Source: Eledone cirrhosa | Taxonomy: Eukaryota | Assembly (NCBI GenBank): GCA_964016885.1 | Contig: OZ024740.1 | Location: 137,888,001 to 137,952,000, forward strand | Length of the DNA stretch: 64,000 nucleotides | Direction: 5' to 3' | Shown here: positions 55,061 through 64,000 of the stretch, piece after piece | How the letters are laid out: the number at the start of each line of letters is the position of its first letter | Position numbering within the stretch: position 1 is the stretch's first letter | Program-made: the position numbers and the translations under genes | The notes under the pieces: generated by a model | The model's input: the letters and a program-made list of their open reading frames with translations, nothing else | Told to the model about the DNA's origin: nothing | Database searches by the model: none

Positions 55061-58000
55061 CAATCTCCAATTATCTCTTTCTCTTATCACTTTTCTCTCA
55101 ATTTCCAATTCTCTCTTTCTCTTATCACTTTTCTCTCAATCTCTAATTCTCTCTTTCTCTTATCAATTTTCTCTCAATCTCCAATTCTTTCTTTCTCTAA
55201 TCACTTTTCTCTCAATCTCCAATTCTCTCTTTCTCTTATCACTTTTCCCCCAATCTACAATTCTCTCTTTCTCTTATCACTTTTTCCCCCAATCTCCAAT
55301 TCTCTCTTTCTCATATCACTTTTTTCTCAATCTCCAATTCTCTCTTTCTCTTATCACTTTTCACTCAATCTCCAATTCTCTCTTTCTCTTATCACTTTTC
55401 CCCCAATCTCCAATTCTCTCTTTCTATTATCACTTTTCTCACAATCTCCAATACTCTCTTTCTCTTATCAATTTTCTCTCAATCTCCAATTCTTTCTTTC
55501 TCTTATCACTTTTCTCTCAATCTCCAATTCTTTCTTTCTCTTATCACTTTTCTCTCAATCTCCCATTCTGTCTTTCTCTTATCAATTTTCCCCCAATCTC
55601 CAATTCTCTCTTTCTTATATCACTTTTCTCTCAATCTCCAATTCTCTCTATCTCTTATCAGTTTTCTCTCAATCTCCAATTCTCTCTTTCTCTTATCACT
55701 TTTCTCTCAATCTCCAATTCTCTCTTTCTCTTATCACTTTTCCTCCAATATCCAATTCTCTCTTTCTCTTATCACTTTTCTCTCTATCTCCAATTCTCTC
55801 TTTCTCTTATCACTTTTCTCTCAATCTCCAATTCTCTCTTTCTCTTATCACTTTTCTCTCAATCTCCAATTATCCCTTTCTCTTATCACTTTTCTCTCAA
55901 TCTCCAATTCTCTCTTTCTCTTCTCACTTTTCCCCCAATATCCAATTCTCTCTTTCTCTTCACACTTTTCCCCCAATCTCCAATTCTCTCTTTCTCTCAT
56001 CAATTTTCTCTATATCTCCAATTCTCTCTTCCTCTTATCATTTTTCTCTTAATCTCCAATTCTCTCTTTCTCTTCTCACTTTTCCCCCAATCTCTAATTC
56101 TCTCTTTCTCTTATCACTTTTCTCTCAATCTCCAATTCTCTCTTTCTTTCATCACTTTTCTCTCAATCTCCAATTCTCTCTTTCTCTTATCACTTTTCTC
56201 TCAATCTCCAATTCTCTCTTTCTCTTATCACTTTTCTCTCAATATCTAATTCTCTCTTGCTCTTGTCACTTTTCTCTCAATCTCCAATTCTCTCTTTCTC
56301 TTATCACTTTTCTGCCAATCTCCAATGCTCTCTTTCTCTTATCACTTTACTCTCAATCTCCAATTCTCTCTTTCTATTATCACTTTTCTCTCAATTTCCA
56401 ATTCTCTCTTTTTCTTATCACTTTTCTCTCAATCTCTAATTCTCTCTTTCTCTTATCAATTTTCTCTCAATCTCCAATTCTTTCTTTCCCTAATCACTTT
56501 TCTCTCAATCTCCAATTCTCTCTTTCTCCTCTCACTTATCGCCCAATCTCCAATTCTCTCTCTTTCTCTTATCACTTTTCTCTCAATCTCCAATTCTCTC
56601 TTTCTCTTCTCACTTTTCCCCCAATCTCCAATTCTCTCTTTCTCTTTACACTTTTCCCCCAATCTGCAATTCTCTCTTTCTCTCATCAATTTTCTCTATA
56701 TCTCCAATTCTCTCTTCCTCTTATCATTTTTCTCTCAATCTCCAATTCTCTCTTTCTCTTATCACTTTTCTCTCAATCTCCAATTCTCTATTTCTCTAAT
56801 CACTTTTCCTCCAATCTCCAATTCTCTCTTTCTCTTATCACTTTTCTATCAATCTCCAATTCTTTCTTTCTCTTATTACTTTTCTCTCAATTTCTAATTC
56901 TCTCTTTCTCTTTTCACTTTTCTTTCAATCTCCAATACTCTCTTTGTCTTATCACTTTTCTCTCAATCTCCAATTCTCTCTCTTTCTCCTCTCACTTTTC
57001 CCCCAATCTCCAATTCTCTCTCTTTCTCTTATCACTTTTCTCTCAATCTCCAATACTCTCTTTCTCTTCACACTTTTCCCCCAATCTCCAATTCTCTCTT
57101 TCTCTCATCAATTTTCTCTATATCTCCAATTCTCTCTTCCTCTTATCATTTTTCTCTTAATCTCCAATTCTGTCTTTCTCTTATCACTTTTCCCCCAATC
57201 TCCAATTCTCTCTTTCTCATATCACTTTTCTCTCAATCTCCAATTCTCTCTTTCTCTTATCAGTTTTCTCTCAATCTCCAATTCTCTCTTTCTCTTATCA
57301 CTTTTCTCTCAATCTCCAATTCTCTCTTTCTCTTATCACTTTTCCTCCAATATCCAATTCTCTCTTTCTCTTATCACTTTTCTCTCAATCTCCAATTCTC
57401 TCTTTCTCTTATCACTTTTCTCTCAATCTCCAATTCTCTATTTCTCTTATCACTTTTCTCTCAATCTCCAATTCTCTCTTTCTCCTCTCACTTTTCCCCC
57501 AATCTCCAATTCTCTCTCTTTCTCTTATCACTTTTCTCTCAATCTCCAATTCTCTCTTTCTTTTCTCACTTTTCGCCCAATCTCCAATTCTCACTTTCTC
57601 TTCACACTTTTCCCCCAATCTGCAATTCTCTCTTTCTCTCATCAATTTTCTCTATATCTCCAATTCTCTCTTCCTCTTATCATTTTTCTCTCAATCTCCA
57701 ATTCTCTCTTTCTCTTATCACTTTTCTCTCAATCTCCAATTCTCTATCCTCTCTTATCACTTTTCCCCCAATCTCCAATTCTCTCTTTCTCTTATCACTT
57801 TTCTCTCAATCTCCAATTCTTTATTTCTCTTATTACTTTTCTCTCAATTTCTAATTCTCTCTTTCTCTTTTCACTTTTCTTTCAATCTCCAATTCTCTCT
57901 TTGTCTTATCACTTTTCTCTCAATCTCCAATTATCTCTTTCTCCTCTCACTTTTCCCCCAATCTCCAATTCTCTCTCTTTCTCTTATCACTTTTCTCTCA

Positions 58001-61000
58001 ATCTCCAATTCTCTCTTTCTCTTCACACTTTTCCCCCAATCTCCAATTCTCTCTTTCTCTCATCAATTTTCTCTCTATCTCCAATTCTCTCTTCCTCTTA
58101 TCATTTTTCTCTTAATCGCCAATTCTCTCTTTCTATTCTCACTTTTCCCCCAATCTACAATTCTCTCTTTCTCTTCTCACTTTTCCCCCAATCTCCAATT
58201 CTCTCTTTCTCTCATCACTTTTCTCTCAATCTCCAATCCTCTCTTTCTGTTATCACTTTTCTCTCAATCTCCAATTATCTCTTTCTCTTATCACTTTTCT
58301 CTCAATTTCCAATTCTCTCTTTCTCTTATCACTTTTCTCTCAATCTCTAATTCTCTCTTTCTCTTATCAATTTTCTCTCAATCTCCAATTCTTTCTTTCT
58401 CTAATCAATTTTCTCTCAATCTCCAATTCTCTCTTTCTCTTATCACTTTTCCCCCAATCTACAATTCTCTCTTTCTCTTATCACTTTTTCTCTCAATCTC
58501 CAATTCTCTCTTTCTCATATCACTTTTTTCTCAATCTCCAATTCTCTCTTTCTCTTATCACTTTTCACTCAATCTCCAATTCTCTCTTTCTCTTATCACT
58601 TTTCCCCCAATCTCCAATTCTCTCTTTCTATTATCACTTTTCTCACCATCTCCAATACTCTCTTTCTCTTATCAATTTTCTCTCAATCTCCAATTCTTTC
58701 TTTCTCTTATCACTTTTCTCTCAATCTCCAATTCTTTCTTTCTCTTATCACTTTTCTCTCAATCTCCCATTCTGTGATTCTCTTATCACTTTTCCCCCAA
58801 TCTCCAATTCTCTCTTTCTTATATCACTTTTCTCTCAATCTCCAATTCTCTCTATCTCTTATCAGTTTTCTCTCAATCTCCAATTCTCTCTTTCTCTTAT
58901 CACTTTTCTCTCAATCTCCAATTCTCTCTTTCTCTTATCACTTTTCCTCCAATATCCAATTCTCTCTTTCTCTTATCACTTTTCTCTCTATCTCCAATTC
59001 TCTCTTTCTCTTATCACTTTTCTCTCAATCTCCAATTCTCTCTTTCTCTTAGCACTTTTCTCTCAATCTCCAATTATCCCTTTCTCTTATCACTTTTCTC
59101 TCAATCTCCAATTCTCTCTTTCTCTTCTCACTTTTCCCCCAATATCCAATTCTCTCTTTCTCTTCACACTTTTCCCCCAATCGCCAATTCTCTCTTTCTC
59201 TCATCAATTTTCTCTATATCTCCAATTCTCTCTTCCTCTTATCATTTTTCTCTTAATCTCCAATTCTCTCTTTCTCTTCTCACTTTTCCCCCAATCTCTA
59301 ATTCTCTCTTTCTCTTATCACTTTTCTCTCAATCTCCAATTCTCTCTTTCTTTCATCACTTTTCTCTCAATCTCCAATTCTCTCTTTCTCTTATCACTTT
59401 TCTCTCAATCTCCAATTCTCTCTTTCTCTTATCACTTTTCTCTCAATATCTAATTCTCTCTTTCTCTTATCACTTTTCTGCCAATCTCCAATGCTCTCTT
59501 TCTCTTATCACTTTACTCTCAATCTCCAATTCTCTCTTTCTCTTATCACTTTTCTCTCAATTTCCAATTCTCTGTTTTTCTTATCACTTTTCTCTCAATC
59601 TCTAATTCTCTCTTTCTCTTATCAATTTTCTCTCAATCTCCAATTCTTTCTTTCCCTAATCACTTTTCTCTCAATCTCCAATTCTCTCTTTCTCCTCTCA
59701 CTTATCCCCCAATCTCCAATTCTCTCTCTTTCTCTTATCACTTTTCTCTCAATCTCCAATTCTCTCTTTCTCTTCTCACTTTTCCCCCAATCTCCAATTC
59801 TCTCTTCCTCTTATCATTTTTCTCTCAATCTCCAATTCTCTCTTTCTCTTATCACTTTTCTATCAATCTCCAATTCTTTCTTTCTCTTATTACTTTTCTC
59901 TCAATTTCTAATTCTCTCTTTCTCTTTTCACTTTTCTTTCAATCTCCAATACTCTCTTTGTCTTATCACTTTTCTCTCAATCTCCAATTATCTCTTTCTC
60001 CTCTCACTTTTCCCCAATCTCCAATTCTCTCTCTTCTCTATCACTTCTCATCTCCAATTCTCTCTTTCTCTTCACACTTTCCCCCAATCTCCAATTCTCT
60101 CTTCTCTCATCAATTTTCTCTTTATCTCCAATTCTCTCTTCTCTTATCATTTTTCTCTTAATCTCCAATTCTGTCTTCTCTTATCACTTTTCCCCCAATC
60201 TCTCAATTCTCTCTTTGCTCATATCACTTTTCTCTCAATCTCCAATTCCTCCTTATCATTTCCACTCAATCTTCAATTCTCTCAATTTCTCTATTCTCAT
60301 TATCTATTCTTATCACTTTCCTCCAATATCCAATCTCTTTCTCTTATCACTTTCTCTCAATCTCCAATTCTCTTTCTCTTATCACTTTTCTCAATCTCCA
60401 ATTCTCTATTTCTCTTATCACTTTTCTCTCAATCTCCAATTCTCTCTTCTCCTCTCACTTTTCCCCCAATCTCCAATTCTCTCTCTTTCTCTATCACTTT
60501 CTCTCATATCTCAAATCTAGAGAATTCAGATTCCAAAACACCAGATTCTCACTTTCTCTTCACACTTTTCCCCCAATCTGCAATTCTCTCTTTCTCTCAT
60601 CAATTTTCTCTATATCTCCAATTCTCTCTTCCTCTTATCATTTTTCTCTCAATCTCCAATTCTCTCTTTCTCTTATCACTTTTCTCTCAATCTCCAATTC
60701 TCTATCCTCTCTTATCACTTTTCCCCCAATCTCCAATTCTCTCTTTCTCTTATCACTTTTCTCTCAATCTCCAATTCTTTATTTCTCTTATTACTTTTCT
60801 CTCAATTTCTAATTCTCTCTTTCTCTTTTCACTTTTCTTTCAATCTCCAATTCTCTCTTTGTCTTATCACTTTTCTCTCAATCTCCAATTATCTCTTTCT
60901 CCTCTCACTTTTCCCCCAATCTCCAATTCTCTCTCTTTCTCTTATCACTTTTCTCTCAATCTCCAATTCTCTCTTTCTCTTCACACTTTTCCCCCAATCT

Positions 61001-63000
61001 CCAATTCTCTCTTTCTCTCATCAATTTTCTCTCTATCTCCAATTCTCTCTTCCTCTTATCATTTTTCTCTTAATCGCCAATTCTCTCTTTCTATTCTCAC
61101 TTTTCCCCCAATCTACAATTCTCTCTTTCTCTTCTCACTTTTCCCCCAATCTCCAATTCTCTCTTTCTCTCATCACTTTTCTCTCAATCTCCAATCCTCT
61201 CTTTCTGTTATCACTTTTCTCTCAATCTCCAATTATCTCTTTCTCTTATCACTTTTCTCTCAATTTCCAATTCTCTCTTTCTCTTATCACTTTTCTCTCA
61301 ATCTCTAATTCTCTCTTTCTCTTATCAATTTTCTCTCAATCTCCAATTCTTTCTTTCTCTAATCAATTTTCTCTCAATCTCCAATTCTCTCTTTCTCTTA
61401 TCACTTTTCCCCCAATCTACAATTCTCTCTTTCTCTTATCACTTTTTCTCTCAATCTCCAATTCTCTCTTTCTCATATCACTTTTTTCTCAATCTCCAAT
61501 TCTCTCTTTCTCTTATCACTTTTCACTCAATCTCCAATTCTCTCTTTCTCTTATCACTTTTCCCCCAATCTCCAATTCTCTCTTTCTATTATCACTTTTC
61601 TCACCATCTCCAATACTCTCTTTCTCTTATCAATTTTCTCTCAATCTCCAATTCTTTCTTTCTCTTATCACTTTTCTCTCAATCTCCAATTCTTTCTTTC
61701 TCTTATCACTTTTCTCTCAATCTCCCATTCTGTGATTCTCTTATCACTTTTCCCCCAATCTCCAATTCTCTCTTTCTTATATCACTTTTCTCTCAATCTC
61801 CAATTCTCTCTATCTCTTATCAGTTTTCTCTCAATCTCCAATTCTCTCTTTCTCTTATCACTTTTCTCTCAATCTCCAATTCTCTCTTTCTCTTATCACT
61901 TTTCCTCCAATATCCAATTCTCTCTTTCTCTTATCACTTTTCTCTCTATCTCCAATTCTCTCTTTCTCTTATCACTTTTCTCTCAATCTCCAATTCTCTC
62001 TTTCTCTTAGCACTTTTCTCTCAATCTCCAATTATCCCTTTCTCTTATCACTTTTCTCTCAATCTCCAATTCTCTCTTTCTCTTCTCACTTTTCCCCCAA
62101 TATCCAATTCTCTCTTTCTCTTCACACTTTTCCCCCAATCGCCAATTCTCTCTTTCTCTCATCAATTTTCTCTATATCTCCAATTCTCTCTTCCTCTTAT
62201 CATTTTTCTCTTAATCTCCAATTCTCTCTTTCTCTTCTCACTTTTCCCCCAATCTCTAATTCTCTCTTTCTCTTATCACTTTTCTCTCAATCTCCAATTC
62301 TCTCTTTCTTTCATCACTTTTCTCTCAATCTCCAATTCTCTCTTTCTCTTATCACTTTTCTCTCAATCTCCAATTCTCTCTTTCTCTTATCACTTTTCTC
62401 TCAATATCTAATTCTCTCTTTCTCTTATCACTTTTCTGCCAATCTCCAATGCTCTCTTTCTCTTATCACTTTACTCTCAATCTCCAATTCTCTCTTTCTC
62501 TTATCACTTTTCTCTCAATTTCCAATTCTCTGTTTTTCTTATCACTTTTCTCTCAATCTCTAATTCTCTCTTTCTCTTATCAATTTTCTCTCAATCTCCA
62601 ATTCTTTCTTTCCCTAATCACTTTTCTCTCAATCTCCAATTCTCTCTTTCTCCTCTCACTTATCCCCCAATCTCCAATTCTCTCTCTTTCTCTTATCACT
62701 TTTCTCTCAATCTCCAATTCTCTCTTTCTCTTCTCACTTTTCCCCCAATCTCCAATTCTCTCTTCCTCTTATCATTTTTCTCTCAATCTCCAATTCTCTC
62801 TTTCTCTTATCACTTTTCTCTCAATCTCCAATTCTCTATTTCTCTAATCACTTTTCCCCCAATCTCCAATTCTCTCTTTCTCTTATCACTTTTCTATCAA
62901 TCTCCAATTCTTTCTTTCTCTTATTACTTTTCTTTCAATTTCTAATTCTCTCTTTCTCTTTTCACTTTTCTTTCAATCTCCAATACTCTCTTTGTCTTAT
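55050..63000. repeat. ~3.0-3.2 kb higher-order unit in about three copies (offsets ~3166-3204 bp, then 2958 bp)
   Basis: CAATGCTC at 56325, 59491 and 62449. TCTATTATC has its A at 55426, 58630 and 61588. Identical 92-aa ORFs with the TGTGATT variant at 58774 and 61732. Confidence 0.85.
60000..60550. other. Degenerate, indel-rich satellite tract ending in a ~40-bp non-consensus patch
   Basis: Nearly every monomer here has 1-3 bp deletions. The offset to the upstream paralog shrinks from 3014 (56937/59951) to 2958 (57593/60551). The patch CATATCTCAAATCTAGAGAATTCAGATTCCAAAACACCAG lies at ~60505-60544. Confidence 0.85.
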
Positions 63001-64000
63001 CACTTTTCTCTCAATCTCCAATTATCTCTTTCTCCTCTCACTTTTCCCCCAATCTCCAATTCTCTCTCTTTCTCTTGTCACTTTTCTCTCAATCTCCAAT
63101 TCTCTCTTTCTCTTCACACTTTTCCCCCAATCTCCAATTCTCTCTTTCTCTCATCAATTTTCTCTATATCTCCAATTCTCTCTTCCTCTTATCATTTTTC
63201 TCTTAATCTCCAATTCTGTCTTTCTCTTCTCACTTTTCCCCCAATCTCCAATTCTCTCTTTCTCTTCTCACTTTTCCCCCAATCTCCAATTCTCTCTTTC
63301 TCTCATCACTTTTCTCTCAATCTCCAATTCTCTCTTTCTCTTATCACTTTTCTCAAAATCTCCAATTCTATCTTTCTCTTCTCACTTTTCTCTCAATCTC
63401 CAATCCTCTCTTTCTGTTATCACTTTTCTCTCCATCTCCAATTATCTCTTTCTCTTATCACTTTTCTCTCAATCTCCAATTCTCTCTTTCTCTTATGACT
63501 TTTCTGCCAATCTCCAATTCTCTCTTTCTCTTATCACTTTACTCTCAATCTCCAATTCTCTCTTTCTCTTATAACTTTTGTCTCAATTTCCAATTCTCTC
63601 TTTCTCTTATCACTTTTCTCTCAATCTCCAATTCTTTCTTTCTCTAATCACTTTTCTCTCAATCTCCAATTCTCTCTTTCTCTTATCACTTTTCTCCCAA
63701 TCTACAATTCTCTCTTTCTCTTATCACTTTTTCTCTCAATCTCCAATTCTCTCTTTCTCATATCACTTTTTTCTCAATCTCCAATTCTCTCTTTCTCTTA
63801 TCACTTTTCTCTCAATCTCCAATTCTCTATTTCTCTTATCACTTTTCCCCCAATCTCCGATTCTCTCTTTCTCTTATCACTTTTCTCTCAATCTCCAATT
63901 CTTTCTTTCTCTTATTACTTTTCTCTCAATTTCTAATTCTCTCTTTCTCTTTTCACTTTTCTTTCAATCTCCAATTCTCTCTTTGTCTTATCACTTTTCT

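Larger units (their letters stand above)
1..64000. repeat. 38-bp tandem satellite DNA array (~1,680 monomers), head-to-tail, pyrimidine-rich + strand; runs off both window ends
   Basis: ATCAC recurs at 121 and 159 (period 38), and the same monomer AATCTCCAATTCTCTCTTTCTCTTATCACTTTTCTCTC continues to the end of the window with a few substitutions per copy and occasional 37/39/40-bp variants. + strand ORFs show a 38-aa (3 x 38 bp) period. Confidence 0.99.

Noticed and set aside
60516-60527. Vector polylinker or transposon insertion suggested by adjacent XbaI and EcoRI sites
   Set aside because: Only 12 bp, with no further vector sequence, terminal repeats or target-site duplication. It is explained equally well by an inverted monomer fragment or noise.
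1608-63498. Long + strand ORFs (up to 974 aa) encoding S/L/F/I-rich, membrane-protein-like repeats
   Set aside because: The consensus lacks G and TAA, so it has no stops. All three frames give the same 38-aa repeat and overlap one another. Starts are sporadic TTG/ATG/GTG point variants and ends are sporadic TAA variants. The 38-bp period and frequent frameshifting length variants are inconsistent with coding selection.
1-64000. CRISPR array (repeat length is in the CRISPR range)
   Set aside because: Monomers are directly adjacent with no unique spacers, leader or cas genes.
1-64000. Telomeric repeat array
   Set aside because: No canonical telomere motif such as CCCTAA. The 38-bp unit with heritable variants and kb-scale duplications indicates recombinational spread, not telomerase templating. 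A subtelomeric location or a non-canonical telomere cannot be excluded from sequence alone.
1-64000. H-DNA (intramolecular triplex) array
   Set aside because: Pure pyrimidine runs are only ~15 nt, interrupted by A residues, and the perfect mirror repeat (TCTCTTTCTCT) is only 11 bp. Too weak to call without experiments.
1-64000. Variant order as an information-bearing code or a diversity-generating cassette system
   Set aside because: The order of variants is accounted for by nested tandem duplication. No recombinase, reverse transcriptase or expression locus is present in the window.

Overview
The whole 64 kb window is one uninterrupted, single-orientation tandem satellite array. Its consensus monomer is 38 bp, AATCTCCAATTCTCTCTTTCTCTTATCACTTTTCTCTC (19 T, 13 C, 6 A, 0 G), present in about 1,680 copies (64000/38). 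I see no genuine gene, RNA gene, transposon or CRISPR array. The ORF track is a by-product of the repeat. The G-free + strand consensus has no stop codon, and a 38-bp period cycles through all three frames, giving one 38-aa S/L/F-rich repeat. The - strand has all three of its stops in one frame. The real information is in the variant monomers. They reveal a patchwork of in-register higher-order duplications, with offsets measured from shared rare variants of 192, 228, 535, 608, 645, 1180, 1259, 1750, 1790, 2135, 2859, 2889, 2958, 3536 and 5558 bp. They also reveal domains with their own variant sets, a conserved ~6-8-monomer cassette recurring across the window, and two indel-rich tracts. The only non-satellite-looking sequence is ~40 bp at 60506-60545, which resembles a short inverted piece of the monomer. 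The array looks like eukaryotic heterochromatic or (peri)centromeric satellite DNA, but that is inference. I do not recognise the family or organism and found no evidence of a novel coding system. Duplication boundaries are approximate and were read by eye.
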